A DNA stretch of 64,000 nt from Gammaproteobacteria bacterium (GCA_029881035.1 JAOUNI010000005.1:6724-70723); one strand, 5' to 3'; shown: positions 8,847-19,414, counted from the stretch's first letter. Made by a program: numbers and translations. Notes: generated by a model not told the origin, from the sequence alone.

Positions 8847-9941
8847 TTAATCTTTCGGACAGCATTGTTCATAAGGCACTATGCCACTGCGCTGTTCATA
8901 CCAGCCGCGTGTTCGATTGACCACATTGACCGCGATCAGCATCACCGGTACTTCAATTAAGACACCGACAACTGTCGCTAATGCTGCGCCCGATTCAAAT
9001 CCAAAAAGTGCAATTGCGGTGGCGACCGCCAGTTCAAAAAAATTACTGGCACCAATTAATGCCGAAGGCCCGGCTACACAATGTGGCGAGCGAACCTGCC
9101 GATTGAGCAGATAGGCCAGTGCGGAATTGAAAAATACCTGAATCAAAATGGGCACTGACAGCAGCAGAATAATCAAAGGCTCGGCGATAATCTGCTTGCC
9201 CTGAAAACCGAACAGTAAAATCAGCGTGGCGAGTAAGGCGATCAGCGAAAACGGGTGTAGTCGTTGAATGGTTTTCTGCAGGCGTACACTGCCCTGCTCA
9301 GCTTTGAGTAATGCTGAACGCCATGTGGTGGCGATGATCAGTGGCACGACGATGTAGAGTAGTACTGACAGTAACAGCGTATCCCAGGGAACGATGATGG
9401 CAGAGAGGCCGAGCAATAAGGCGACGATGGGTGCGAAAGCAAACACCATGATGACGTCATTGAGGGCGACCTGTGACAGGGTGAAGTGCGGCTCGCCTCG
9501 CATCAAATGGCTCCAGACGAACACCATCGCGGTACAGGGTGCGGCGGCAAGAATGATGAGTCCGGCGATATAGGAATCGATTTGATCGGCAGGCAGATAA
9601 TCACGAAACAGGTAGCCAATGAACAACCAGCCAAGCATAGCCATGGAAAAAGGTTTCACACCCCAGTTGACGAACAGGGTCACACCCACGCCGCGCCAGT
9701 GTTGGCCGACACCCTTGAGTGCTTTCAGGTCAATTTTGAGCAGCATTGGAATGATCATTAACCAGACCAGCACGGCGACTGGCAGGTTGATGTGGGCGAT
9801 TTCTATCCGGCCGATCAGCTGGAACAGGTTCGGTAGCAGATCACCGAGAGTTATACCGGCGATGATACAGAGCGCGACCCATAAGGTGAGGTAGCGTTCG
9901 AACAAACTCATTTCACTGCTTTGGGTTTTCTTGCGCACCAT
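8847..9941 (-). CDS. acr3: ACR3-family arsenite efflux transporter
   Basis: The ..SLFERYLTLWVALCI.. N-terminus is typical of ACR3. About 10 TM segments. Directly follows arsC. Confidence 0.9.
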   Translation of the reverse strand: MVRKKTQSSEMSLFERYLTLWVALCIIAGITLGDLLPNLFQLIGRIEIAHINLPVAVLVWLMIIPMLLKIDLKALKGVGQHWRGVGVTLFVNWGVKPFSMAMLGWLFIGYLFRDYLPADQIDSYIAGLIILAAAPCTAMVFVWSHLMRGEPHFTLSQVALNDVIMVFAFAPIVALLLGLSAIIVPWDTLLLSVLLYIVVPLIIATTWRSALLKAEQGSVRLQKTIQRLHPFSLIALLATLILLFGFQGKQIIAEPLIILLLSVPILIQVFFNSALAYLLNRQVRSPHCVAGPSALIGASNFFELAVATAIALFGFESGAALATVVGVLIEVPVMLIAVNVVNRTRGWYEQRSGIVPYEQCCPKD

Positions 9942-9942
9942 A

Positions 9943-10362
9943 TTATCGCTGCGTTTTTAAGCGTTCGAGTAGATTGGTCACGCGGAGTTTAATGTCGTCA
10001 CGGCTGGCTCTGAACACCGCCATGATTTCATCTTCTGTGCCGGTCGCTTTGGCGGGATCACTCAGCGGCCAGTGTTCTTTTTGTATGTGAGTTGGCAGCA
10101 CCGGGCAATGTTCATCGGCGTGGCCGCAAACGGTGACAAGATAATCGGCGGTAGCCAGCATCTCCTCAGTGAGTTTGGTGGATTCCTGATTGGAGATATC
10201 AACGCCTGCTTCCTGCATGACAGTAATGGCGCGCGGATTTTTGCCGTGGGCTTCGATTCCGGCAGATTGCACCTGAAGCCAGTCACCACCGAGTTGTCGC
10301 GCCCAGCCTTCGGCGATTTGTGAGCGGCAGGAATTACCGGTGCATAAAAATAGAAGATTCAT
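9943..10362 (-). CDS. arsC: Arsenate reductase, LMW-PTP / thioredoxin-coupled type
   Basis: P-loop CTGNSCRS and a downstream cysteine pair ..VCGHADEHCP... Confidence 0.92.
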   Translation of the reverse strand: MNLLFLCTGNSCRSQIAEGWARQLGGDWLQVQSAGIEAHGKNPRAITVMQEAGVDISNQESTKLTEEMLATADYLVTVCGHADEHCPVLPTHIQKEHWPLSDPAKATGTEDEIMAVFRASRDDIKLRVTNLLERLKTQR

Positions 10363-10386
10363 AAAATTATTTCCTGTCTGAGGTAA

Positions 10387-10740
10387 TCAGGCGCAGCAGG
10401 CCGAGCCAGGCCGGTTAGGCATTATGCTCAACACTGACAGATCGTGGCTAAAAGTTTTCTGGTTCGCCGCTTCAGTTGCCGTGGCTTCGATGATCGAATG
10501 TGCCCAGACTGGTAAATCGGGATGCAGCTGGTAATACACCCACTGGCCATGACGACGATCTATCACCAGACCTGCATCGCGCAACATGGCGAGGTGGCGG
10601 GAAACTTTGGGCTGGATGATGCCGAGTGCATACACCAGTTCGCAGACGCATAATTCGCCCTGATGTTTCATTAGCAGCAGGCTGCGCAGACGGGTGTCAT
10701 CGGATAAAAGCTGGAAGAACTGATTGAGCGGAATGTTCAT
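10387..10740 (-). CDS. arsR: ArsR-family arsenic-responsive repressor
   Basis: Metalloid-binding ELCVCEL motif ahead of the wHTH. First gene of the arsR-arsC-acr3 cluster. Confidence 0.9.
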   Translation of the reverse strand: MNIPLNQFFQLLSDDTRLRSLLLMKHQGELCVCELVYALGIIQPKVSRHLAMLRDAGLVIDRRHGQWVYYQLHPDLPVWAHSIIEATATEAANQKTFSHDLSVLSIMPNRPGSACCA

Positions 10741-10749
10741 GGGAGAGAA

Positions 10750-10769
10750 ATATACGTTTATTCGTATAT
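10750..10769. promoter_or_regulatory. Palindromic candidate ArsR operator
   Basis: atatacg-tttatt-cgtatat lies 10-30 nt upstream of the arsR start codon. Confidence 0.45.
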
Positions 10770-10921
10770 ATGGTCAAGCATATGTGGTTAAGGTTGATAG
10801 TAAAGAATGACAGGGAAATTGATGTTTAGAAATATCAGCAGTTTGTATAAGGCAGCAATAAAAATTAGCGTTTATGTGATTAAATAACCATTTTTCTGCC
10901 GCTGCCAATAAACTGAAAATA

Positions 10922-11791
10922 ATGACTGATTCAAGCAAAAATTCTGCTGTCCTGCTCATCCATTGCCCGGATAAATCCGGTATCGTGGTGGCGATTACCG
11001 AATTCATCTACAAGAATGGTGGCAACATCATTTATCTCGATCAGCACGTGGATACCGAGCGCGGGGTGTTCTTCATGCGCGTGGAATGGGATCTGGATAA
11101 CTTTGTCATTCAGCGCGACAAAATTGCCGAGTATTTTGAGACCCTGGTCGGTTCGCGTTACCAGATGACTTCGCAGCTGCATTTCGCCGACAGCAAGCCG
11201 CGCATGGCGCTGTTTGTTTCAAAAATGGCGCACTGTTTTTATGATCTGCTGGCGCGTTACGAATGCGGTGAGCTGAATGTTGAGATTCCACTGATCATCA
11301 GTAATCACACCGATTTGCAGGCAGCGTCCGAGCGACTGGGTATCGAGTACCACTGTATAGCGATTAATAAGGACAACAAGGAAGAACAGGAAGCCAGACA
11401 AAAGGCCCTGCTGGCGCAGCACGATATCGACTTTATTGTGCTGGCGCGTTACATGCAGGTGCTGAGCGACGACTTTGTCAAAGACTATCCGCAGCGGATT
11501 ATCAACATCCACCACTCCTTCCTGCCCGCCTTCCCCGGCGGCCGCCCCTACCACAGCGCTTACGAGCGCGGTGTGAAAATTATCGGTGCGACCAGCCATT
11601 ATGTCACCGCTGAACTGGATGCCGGTCCGATCATCGAACAGGATGTGGTGCACGTCAGTCACAAAGACACCGTCGAAGACATGGTGCGTATCGGCAGAGA
11701 TTTAGAAAAGATCGTGCTGGCGCGCGCGGTGCGCCATCATGTGCACCACGATTTGCTGGTGTATGAAAACCGTACAGTGGTTTTTGAATAA
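10922..11791 (+). CDS. purU: Formyltetrahydrofolate deformylase
   Basis: N-terminal ACT-like segment (LLIHCPDKSGIV) plus a formyltransferase core with HHSFLPAFPG. Confidence 0.93.
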   Translation: MTDSSKNSAVLLIHCPDKSGIVVAITEFIYKNGGNIIYLDQHVDTERGVFFMRVEWDLDNFVIQRDKIAEYFETLVGSRYQMTSQLHFADSKPRMALFVSKMAHCFYDLLARYECGELNVEIPLIISNHTDLQAASERLGIEYHCIAINKDNKEEQEARQKALLAQHDIDFIVLARYMQVLSDDFVKDYPQRIINIHHSFLPAFPGGRPYHSAYERGVKIIGATSHYVTAELDAGPIIEQDVVHVSHKDTVEDMVRIGRDLEKIVLARAVRHHVHHDLLVYENRTVVFE

Positions 11792-11856
11792 AAGGAGTTC
11801 TCTGCGGCTATTCCGGGCTTCCTGCCCTCCACCCTTCGGGCCGCACTGCGTGCGTT

Positions 11857-11879
11857 CAAATTTGATCCGGTCAAATTTG
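11857..11879. terminator. Hairpin between convergent purU and the oxidoreductase membrane subunit (possible bidirectional terminator or REP)
   Basis: caaatttga-tccgg-tcaaatttg gives a 9-bp AT-rich stem inside a GC-rich repeat-like stretch (11800..11890). Confidence 0.35.
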
Positions 11880-11895
11880 TCTGCGGTAAAGCTTT

Positions 11896-12873
11896 TTATA
11901 TCGTCTGGTAATAAAGATTCTGCGGGTGGTTCGCCTGCGCGAAGAAGAACCAGCGCTCTGCAATCAAACCGGCGTATTGAATAACAAAGGCCATGGCAAA
12001 GATGACAAAACTATTTGTGCTCATGCCGCTGCTTAAGATCAGAATCGGTAGTACAAAAACCAGCAGCGGGAAAATCCATTTAATGCTTTTAAACAGTGCT
12101 TCGGAAGCGTTGTGGAAGTATTCACGTGTATTGAATGAACCGGCCATGAAGCCGCGTGATTTCTGCTGAATTTTTGTGTGCCTGATGCCAATCGCGGAAG
12201 TCATGGTTGATTTCGGCTTGATGCGTGCGTTACGGATCAGTGAAGCAACACGGGTGATAAAAGCGATGGCGGTGAGAATGATGGCCCAGCCTGCATAAAA
12301 AGAAACCAGTTGTGTGCCTGCATAAGCAGCGAATACGGTTGCCAGGGTAAAACCGGAAGCTGAACCTAATAAAGTGTAATTCACCACGGTTAACGGTGTT
12401 GCCCACTCCTGCAAAAATTTGATGCAGGCGTAAATCATGGCGGTGCATAAAAATAAAAGGAACGCCAGGCCGGTCGCCAGAAAACCAACCAGTAAAGTTA
12501 AAGTCACAACGAAGACGTCGCTGATGGTGAATAACACAGGGTTAAAACCGATGAAATGAGTGAGCCCATAAATAAAAGTCATGGCCATAAATGAAGGCAG
12601 CACAATGACTTCACGCGAAAGCCAGGATGTTTTCCATTTTGCCGCAGAACGCCAGGCACGTTCCGGATGGCCGAGATGGAAGAACGAGGCCAGTAAACCC
12701 AGAGCCAGAAAGATTAAAGCTAACAAGCTGCCGTAGCCATAAAATGTGTGCGAGTCCTGCACCGGCACCAGGTTAAAAACAGAATATAACTGGCCGGTGT
12801 ACAAAGCCAGGAACAAGCCCTGACCGGCACCGATTAAGGTAGTGAGAAAAATAACTGAAAAAGCAGGATGCAT
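11896..12873 (-). CDS. soeC: NrfD/DmsC-type membrane anchor subunit of molybdopterin oxidoreductase; SoeC-like
   Basis: 325-aa polytopic membrane protein encoded downstream of the Fe-S and Mo subunits. Its size matches SoeC. Confidence 0.6.
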   Translation of the reverse strand: MHPAFSVIFLTTLIGAGQGLFLALYTGQLYSVFNLVPVQDSHTFYGYGSLLALIFLALGLLASFFHLGHPERAWRSAAKWKTSWLSREVIVLPSFMAMTFIYGLTHFIGFNPVLFTISDVFVVTLTLLVGFLATGLAFLLFLCTAMIYACIKFLQEWATPLTVVNYTLLGSASGFTLATVFAAYAGTQLVSFYAGWAIILTAIAFITRVASLIRNARIKPKSTMTSAIGIRHTKIQQKSRGFMAGSFNTREYFHNASEALFKSIKWIFPLLVFVLPILILSSGMSTNSFVIFAMAFVIQYAGLIAERWFFFAQANHPQNLYYQTI

Positions 12874-12914
12874 AATTATGTCCGAATATAAAAGTTTGTT
12901 ATCGCCTTTTTAAA

Positions 12915-13646
12915 CTACCAGCTCATGATGTCATCGAGTGTCTGTTCATCGCTGTCCGGCATCGGTAACTGACGTTCCTTGTTCAACGGATTATCGACGC
13001 GGGTTAATTCGTCTTTGTGAATCGTCATCTTGGTCTTACGACGTGGCAGATAATGATTCGCCGGTTTAGTGCCCCACTCCGGCATCAATTGATAACCACC
13101 ATTTTCACGGATGGTGATAGACACATTTGAATCAGGATCTTTCACGTCACCGAATAAACGTGCGCTGGTTGGGCAGGCTAAAACGCAGGCAGGTTTGCGC
13201 TCGGATTCCGGCAAGGTCTGATCGTAAATGCGATCAACACAGAGGGTGCATTTTTTCATCACCTTCTGGCTTTCATCGAGTTCGCGCGCACCGTAAGGAC
13301 AGGCCCATGAACAATATTTACAGCCGATACATTTGTCGTAATCAACCAAAACAATGCCGTCTTCTTCGCGTTTGTAACTGGCGCCGGTTGGGCAGACTGG
13401 AACACAGGGCGGTTCTTCACAGTGCAAACAGCTCTTGGGAAAATGAACTGTTTCAGTTTTCGGGTAAGTGCCAATCTCAAATGTTTGCACGCGATTGAAG
13501 AACGTGCCGGTTGGATCTTCTTCGTAAGGATTAAAATCCGACATTGAACCGGCGGTGCCGGAGGTATTCCACTCCTTGCAGCTGGTGACGCAGGCGTGAC
13601 AGCCAACACAAACGTTAAGATCGATGACGAGTGCGAGTTGTTTCAT
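12915..13646 (-). CDS. soeB: 4Fe-4S ferredoxin-type electron-transfer subunit; SoeB-like
   Basis: Four cysteine clusters (CVGCHACVTSC, CLHCEEPPCVPVC, CIGCKYCSWACP, CTLC..). Overlaps the catalytic subunit gene by 4 nt. Confidence 0.65.
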   Translation of the reverse strand: MKQLALVIDLNVCVGCHACVTSCKEWNTSGTAGSMSDFNPYEEDPTGTFFNRVQTFEIGTYPKTETVHFPKSCLHCEEPPCVPVCPTGASYKREEDGIVLVDYDKCIGCKYCSWACPYGARELDESQKVMKKCTLCVDRIYDQTLPESERKPACVLACPTSARLFGDVKDPDSNVSITIRENGGYQLMPEWGTKPANHYLPRRKTKMTIHKDELTRVDNPLNKERQLPMPDSDEQTLDDIMSW

Positions 13647-16552
13647 TTTTTCGTCCTCTTGCCGGCAAAATATCTCAACCAGTGTGAGCCGAATTTTTTC
13701 GAACCGGGTGCAGTCGGTATGGTGTCAAACTGCGGGCTGGTGATATGCGGTTCATCAGCGGCGGCGGGATAAATTCTTACGCGCACATCGTACCAGCCAG
13801 CCTGGCCGGTGACCGGGTCGGAGTTGGAAAGATGGTCACCGTCTTTATGCGCCGGCAGTTCTTCGCTGATTAAATGATTCAGCAAAAAGCCTTTTTTCGA
13901 TTCGTTGGCCTTGCCGCTGAGACCCCAGGCACCGGAGGCCTTGCCGATGGCATTCCAGGTCCAGACCGTGCCCGGTTCAACCGATTCGGAATAACGGCAC
14001 ATGCAACGCACCTTGCCGTGCATCGATTCGATCCACATCCAGGCGCCGTCTTCAATGTTGGCCGCGCGCGCGGTTTTTGAATTGACGTGCAGATAATTGT
14101 GCGCGTGAATCTGACGCAGCCATGCGTTTTGCGAATCCCATGAATGGTACATCGCCATCGGTCGCTGCGTGATCGCGTTCAACGGATATTTATGCAGATC
14201 GGTGAGCTGTGATTCCAGCGGATCGGAATAAAATGGCAGCGGATCAAAATGGGTTTCGATGCGCGCACGCAAATGATCGGGCGGCTGTTTGCCATCTGAC
14301 CTGCCCTGCGCTGCGGAACGAAATTTCTGCAGCACTTCAGAATAAATATGAATGTTGATCGGCTCGGCATAACGGGTCAGGCTGTGGCGCTTGGCCCACT
14401 CCAGATAACCCTGATTCCAGTTGCGCATGTACTGGTACGATTTTGGCAGCTCGTGGTGATAAACACAGTTGTTCTTTTCGTACATTTCCCACTGATTAGG
14501 ATTGGGCTCGCCCTTCATGAATTTTTCGCCGCCCTTGCCGCGCCAGCCTGAAAGGAAACCAATGCCGGAATCGGGCGCGGTTTCATAATTGACCACGAAG
14601 TCGGGATAGTCGCGGAACTTGCGTGTGCCGTTTTCATTAACAAAGGCGGGCAGTTTCAAACGCGAGCCGAGTTCGATCAGCACTTCCTGGAAAGGTTTGC
14701 ATTCGCCGGTCGGTGGCAATACCGGAATGCGCACCGAATCGACCGGGCCTTCGAATTCGGAAATTGGACGATCCAGCATCGACATCACATCGTGGCGTTC
14801 GAGGTAAGTGGTATCCGGCAACACCAGGTCGGCAAACGCGACGGTTTCTGACTGGAAGGCATCACAGACCACGAGGAATGGGATTTTGTATTCGCCATCG
14901 GCATCCTTGTCGTTGAGCATCTGGCGAACCTGCTCGGTATTCATGGTCGAGTTCCACGCCATGTTCGACATAAAAATCAGCAGCGTGTCGATTTTGTACG
15001 GGTCACCGCGCCAGGCATTGGTGATGGCGTTGTGCATCAGGCCGTGCACGGACAGAGGGTGTTCCCAGGAAAAAGCCTTGTCGATACGAATCGGGCCACC
15101 GTGTTCATCGACGAACAGATCGTCCGGGTCGGCGGGCCAGCCCAGCGGCATGCCATTCAAAGGCGTGTTCGGCTGTACGTCATCCCAGCTGGTGCCGGTT
15201 TTGGCACAAGGTGGAATCGGGCGCGGGAACGGCGCTTTGTGGCGGAAACCACCAGGACGGTCAATTGTACCCAGAATACTCATTAAGATCGACATGGCAC
15301 GAATGGTCTGGAAACCGTTCGAGTGTGCTGCCAGTCCGCGCATGGCGTGGAAAGCGACCGGATTGCCGGTGACGCGGTCGTGTTCCTTACCCCAGGCATC
15401 GGTCCAGGCAATCGGCAGTTCAATTTTTTCATCACGGGCGGTAATGCCCATTTCGTGGGCTAAACGCTTAATGGTTTCAGCAGGAATGCCGGTAATGCCT
15501 GCAGCCCAGTCGGCGGTGTAGTTTTTAACACGATCAACCAGCAGCTGGAATGCCGGTTTAACCGGGGTGCCATCGTCGAGTTTGAACTCACCCAGCAGAT
15601 AAGGATCGACACCTTCGGTGTGCATCGAAATGGGTTTGTTGAGATCACGATCCCACCATAATTTGTTTTGCGCGTCGAAACAGCCCTCTTCCTTGGGCAC
15701 TTCAAAGCGAACAAACATGCCGTATTCAGTGGATTTTTCATCCATATTGACCAGCTCGGCCGCATTGGTCTGGTTGATGACAAAATCACGGTCGTACAGG
15801 CCCTGCTTGATAATTTCGTTAGTCAGGGCCAGGAACAGAGCGCCGTCGGTGCCGGGCTTGATCGGAATCCACTCATCGGCAATCGCAGCGTAACCGCTAC
15901 GCACCGGGTTGATGGCGATAAAACGACCGCCGTTGCGCTTGAATTTTGACAGCGCAATTTTCATCGGGTTGGAATGGTGGTCTTCCGCAGTGCCGATCAT
16001 GACGAACAGTTTGGCGCGGTCGAGGTCGGGGCCGCCGAACTCCCAGAAAGAGCCGCCGATGGTGTAGATCATGCCGGCCGCCATGTTCACCGAGCATAAA
16101 CCGCCGTGCGCGGCATAGTTGGGGGTGCCGTACTGCTTGGAAAACAGGCCGGTCAGGGCCTGCATCTGGTCGCGGCCGGTAAACAGCGCGAATTTTTTGG
16201 GATCGGTAGCGCGGATGTGAGCTAGACGCTCTTCCAGGATGGCATAGGCCTGGTCCCAGCTGATTTCTTCGAATTCGTTGTCACCACGGTCTGAGCCAGC
16301 CTTGCGTAGCAGTGGTTTGGTCAGGCGGCCGGGTGAATACTGCTTCATGATGCCGGAAGCGCCCTTGGCGCAGATCACGCCCTTGTTCAGCGGGTGATCG
16401 GGGTTGCCCTGAATATAACGAACTTCACCGTCGCGCACCGTAACGCGGATGCCACAACGGCAGGCGCACATATAGCAGGTGGTATTTTTAACCTCGATCA
16501 GGCTGTTGTCGTCAACGGTGGTCGAAAGCGGGTCATGCAAGGGTGAAGACAT
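13643..16552 (-). CDS. soeA: Molybdopterin (bis-MGD) oxidoreductase catalytic subunit without Tat signal; SoeA-like sulfite dehydrogenase (quinone)
   Basis: 969 aa with an N-terminal CxxCxxxC..C Fe-S motif (CYMCACRC..VICAKG). The N-terminus has no twin-arginine leader. The 969/243/325-aa trio matches the SoeABC subunit sizes as I recall them. Confidence 0.6.
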   Translation of the reverse strand: MSSPLHDPLSTTVDDNSLIEVKNTTCYMCACRCGIRVTVRDGEVRYIQGNPDHPLNKGVICAKGASGIMKQYSPGRLTKPLLRKAGSDRGDNEFEEISWDQAYAILEERLAHIRATDPKKFALFTGRDQMQALTGLFSKQYGTPNYAAHGGLCSVNMAAGMIYTIGGSFWEFGGPDLDRAKLFVMIGTAEDHHSNPMKIALSKFKRNGGRFIAINPVRSGYAAIADEWIPIKPGTDGALFLALTNEIIKQGLYDRDFVINQTNAAELVNMDEKSTEYGMFVRFEVPKEEGCFDAQNKLWWDRDLNKPISMHTEGVDPYLLGEFKLDDGTPVKPAFQLLVDRVKNYTADWAAGITGIPAETIKRLAHEMGITARDEKIELPIAWTDAWGKEHDRVTGNPVAFHAMRGLAAHSNGFQTIRAMSILMSILGTIDRPGGFRHKAPFPRPIPPCAKTGTSWDDVQPNTPLNGMPLGWPADPDDLFVDEHGGPIRIDKAFSWEHPLSVHGLMHNAITNAWRGDPYKIDTLLIFMSNMAWNSTMNTEQVRQMLNDKDADGEYKIPFLVVCDAFQSETVAFADLVLPDTTYLERHDVMSMLDRPISEFEGPVDSVRIPVLPPTGECKPFQEVLIELGSRLKLPAFVNENGTRKFRDYPDFVVNYETAPDSGIGFLSGWRGKGGEKFMKGEPNPNQWEMYEKNNCVYHHELPKSYQYMRNWNQGYLEWAKRHSLTRYAEPINIHIYSEVLQKFRSAAQGRSDGKQPPDHLRARIETHFDPLPFYSDPLESQLTDLHKYPLNAITQRPMAMYHSWDSQNAWLRQIHAHNYLHVNSKTARAANIEDGAWMWIESMHGKVRCMCRYSESVEPGTVWTWNAIGKASGAWGLSGKANESKKGFLLNHLISEELPAHKDGDHLSNSDPVTGQAGWYDVRVRIYPAAADEPHITSPQFDTIPTAPGSKKFGSHWLRYFAGKRTKK

Positions 16553-16860
16553 AAAATTCCTGTTTATAAAGCCAAGCCGGCCAATTTAGCCGAAAAATCG
16601 ATGAAAAGGCCAATTAGTAATATTGTAGGCCATATAAATAAATTAATGATTGCTAATATTGTTAGCATTTAGCGTACGCTGGTAATGGATGATGAAAAGG
16701 CTTGAAATGAAAAAGTTTATGGAAACGCGCATCTGAAAAACAGCAACTTAATGTGTGTATAAGGCCACGATAGTTAGTCGTTGAAGCTGCAGATTTGCTT
16801 TATAATTCGCCGTTCTTGAGAATTGAACATTTTTTGACCAGTTGGTGACTAAGTAACACG

Positions 16861-18768
16861 ATGTTTTATACAGAATCCTTTGATGTGATTGTGATTGGTG
16901 GCGGCCATGCCGGTACCGAGGCTGCGCTGGCGGCTGCACGCATGGGGGTGAAAACATTATTGCTGACCCACAATGTTGAGACGCTGGGGCAGATGAGCTG
17001 CAATCCGGCGATCGGCGGCATCGGTAAAGGTCATCTGGTCAAAGAAATTGATGCTCTCGGCGGCATTATGGCGAAGGCAGCGGATAAAGGCGGCATTCAG
17101 TTCCGCGTGCTCAATAGCCGCAAAGGCCCGGCGGTGCGTGCTACCCGCGCACAGGCGGATCGCGTTTTGTATAAAGCGGCGGTACGTGAGGCACTGGAAA
17201 ATCAGCCCAATCTTTCGATTTTTCAGCAGGCGGTGGATGACTTAATCGTTGAAAACGTCGGTGGTGCTGAGCGTGTGACCGGCGTGGTCACCCAGATGGG
17301 CCTGAAATTTAGCACCAAAGCGGTGGTGTTGACGGCGGGTACATTCCTCGGTGGCAAGATCCATATTGGCGAGTCGAATTACTCGGGTGGTCGCGCCGGC
17401 GATCCGCCCTCGATTGCCCTGTCTGAGCGTTTGCGTGACCTGCCCTTTCGCGTTGGCCGTCTGAAAACCGGCACGCCGCCGCGCATTGATAGCCGTAGTA
17501 TCGATTATTCAGATCTGCTGGCGCAGCCGGGTGATGACCCGGTGCCGGTATTTTCGCTGACCGGCAGCGTTAATGATCATCCCCGGCAGGTGAGCTGCCA
17601 CATTACTCATACGAATGAGCAAACCCACGAGATTATTCGTGCCGGGCTGCACCGCTCACCCATGTACAGCGGCGTTATAGAAGGTATCGGCCCGCGCTAC
17701 TGCCCTTCTATCGAAGACAAGGTGGTGCGCTTTGCAGATAAGAATTCACACCAGATTTTTATCGAGCCGGAAGGCCTGACTACCAACGAAATCTATCCCA
17801 ACGGTATTTCTACCAGCCTGCCCTTCGATATGCAGCTGGCGCTGGTGCGGTCGATGAAAGGTTTTGAAAATGCGCATATCACCCGCCCCGGTTACGCCAT
17901 CGAATATGACTTTTTCGATCCACGAGACCTGAAAGCGACGCTGGAAACCAAATTTATCAACGGCCTGTTTTTCGCCGGACAGATTAACGGCACTACTGGC
18001 TATGAAGAAGCGGCCGCACAGGGTTTGCTTGCCGCCATTAATGCCGCGCGCCAGGTTCAGGGTAAAGATCCGTGGTCGCCGCGCCGCGATGAGGCTTATA
18101 TCGGTGTGCTGGTTGATGACCTGATTACCCGCGGCACGATGGAGCCGTACCGGATGTTTACCAGTCGTGCGGAATACCGCCTGATCTTGCGTGAAGACAA
18201 TGCCGATCTGCGTTTAACCCCGGTGGCGCATGAAATGGGGTTGATCGACGATAAGTATTGGAGCGTATTTTGCGGTAAACGTGAAGCTATTGAGCGCGAA
18301 CAGCAGCGATTGGCGTCAAGAGTGATTCAGCCTACGTCTGAGGAAGGCATTGAGCTGGCTAAATTGACCGGCAAGCCTTTTAGCCGTGACTATAAAGCCG
18401 CTGATTTACTGAGAAGGCCAGAAATTGACTACGCCAGTCTGGTGGCTGTGATAGGAAAAGCTGAGCTAAATGACGATATCATTCACGAACAAGCTGATAA
18501 AATTATCGAACAGGTAGAAATTCAAGCTAAATATGAGGGTTATCTGGTGCGCCAGCAATCCGAAATCAACAAAACCCTGAAGCATGAAGAAACACGTATT
18601 CCTGAAGTGATCAATTATAAGGATGTACGCGGCTTATCAACCGAAATTTGTCTGAAGTTGAGCGACCAGAGACCGGAAACTATCGGTCAGGCGGGGCGCA
18701 TACCGGGTATGACGCCCGCGGCGATTTCGTTATTGATGGTTCACCTTAAAAAGAATAAGGCGCAATGA
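16861..18768 (+). CDS. mnmG: tRNA uridine 5-carboxymethylaminomethyl modification enzyme
   Basis: FAD motif [16 protein letters not shown], 635 aa, followed by rsmG. Confidence 0.97.
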   Translation: MFYTESFDVIVIGGGHAGTEAALAAARMGVKTLLLTHNVETLGQMSCNPAIGGIGKGHLVKEIDALGGIMAKAADKGGIQFRVLNSRKGPAVRATRAQADRVLYKAAVREALENQPNLSIFQQAVDDLIVENVGGAERVTGVVTQMGLKFSTKAVVLTAGTFLGGKIHIGESNYSGGRAGDPPSIALSERLRDLPFRVGRLKTGTPPRIDSRSIDYSDLLAQPGDDPVPVFSLTGSVNDHPRQVSCHITHTNEQTHEIIRAGLHRSPMYSGVIEGIGPRYCPSIEDKVVRFADKNSHQIFIEPEGLTTNEIYPNGISTSLPFDMQLALVRSMKGFENAHITRPGYAIEYDFFDPRDLKATLETKFINGLFFAGQINGTTGYEEAAAQGLLAAINAARQVQGKDPWSPRRDEAYIGVLVDDLITRGTMEPYRMFTSRAEYRLILREDNADLRLTPVAHEMGLIDDKYWSVFCGKREAIEREQQRLASRVIQPTSEEGIELAKLTGKPFSRDYKAADLLRRPEIDYASLVAVIGKAELNDDIIHEQADKIIEQVEIQAKYEGYLVRQQSEINKTLKHEETRIPEVINYKDVRGLSTEICLKLSDQRPETIGQAGRIPGMTPAAISLLMVHLKKNKAQ

Positions 18769-18781
18769 GCGCCCTGCCCCT

Positions 18782-19414
18782 GTGAATTCTTCTCTTTTAA
18801 GTCAACTTGAAGTCGGCATTAAAAAAATGGGGCTGGATTTGCCTGAGTCTGTACCCGTACGTCTGATTGAGTATCTGGAGCTGCTGGTTAAGTGGAATAA
18901 AGCTTATAATTTGACGGCGGTGCGCAACCCTGTCGAAATGATCAGCAAGCATCTGCTCGATAGTCTGGCTGTATTGCCTTATATCGGTGACGGCCTGATT
19001 GTAGATGTCGGTAGTGGCGCGGGTTTGCCGGGTATCCCGCTCGCTCTCGCCTGTCCACAGACACGTTTTGTGCTGCTCGACAGTAATGGCAAGAAAACCA
19101 GTTTTCTCATCCAGGCAAAAAGGCTTTTGAAGCTGGATAACGTTGAAGTGGTGAATCAGCGTGTCGAAGACTACCGGCCTGAGCTATACTTTGACGCTGT
19201 CATTGCTCGCGCTTATGCCGATACACGTCTTATTTTGAAATCAACGGCACATTTGCATCAGCCGGAGACGCGGATTTTGGTGATGCAGGGCAAGCTGGAT
19301 GAGGCAATTAACGATCCAGCTTATATTTTAAAGCAGGCTCATACATTAGATGTATATGGACTGGATGCTGAAAGGCATCTATTGGAAATAATAAAGGCGA
19401 AATCTCAATTATGA
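18782..19414 (+). CDS. rsmG: 16S rRNA (guanine527-N7)-methyltransferase
   Basis: SAM motif VDVGSGAGLPGIPLA. GTG start. Sits in gidA-gidB-parAB synteny. Confidence 0.93.
   Translation: MNSSLLSQLEVGIKKMGLDLPESVPVRLIEYLELLVKWNKAYNLTAVRNPVEMISKHLLDSLAVLPYIGDGLIVDVGSGAGLPGIPLALACPQTRFVLLDSNGKKTSFLIQAKRLLKLDNVEVVNQRVEDYRPELYFDAVIARAYADTRLILKSTAHLHQPETRILVMQGKLDEAINDPAYILKQAHTLDVYGLDAERHLLEIIKAKSQL

Noticed and set aside
10774-11007. 77-aa minus-strand ORF in the arsR-purU divergent region
   Set aside because: It overlaps the purU start by ~86 nt, has no RBS or motif, and occupies promoter DNA. It is likely non-coding.
16553-16860. Possible oriC in the spacer upstream of mnmG (gidA), as in enterobacteria and vibrios
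   Set aside because: Reading the 308 nt by eye, I find no GATC sites, no AT-rich 13-mer cluster, and only one weak DnaA-box-like TGTGTATAA. The upstream gene is soeA rather than mioC. This is not supported as an origin.
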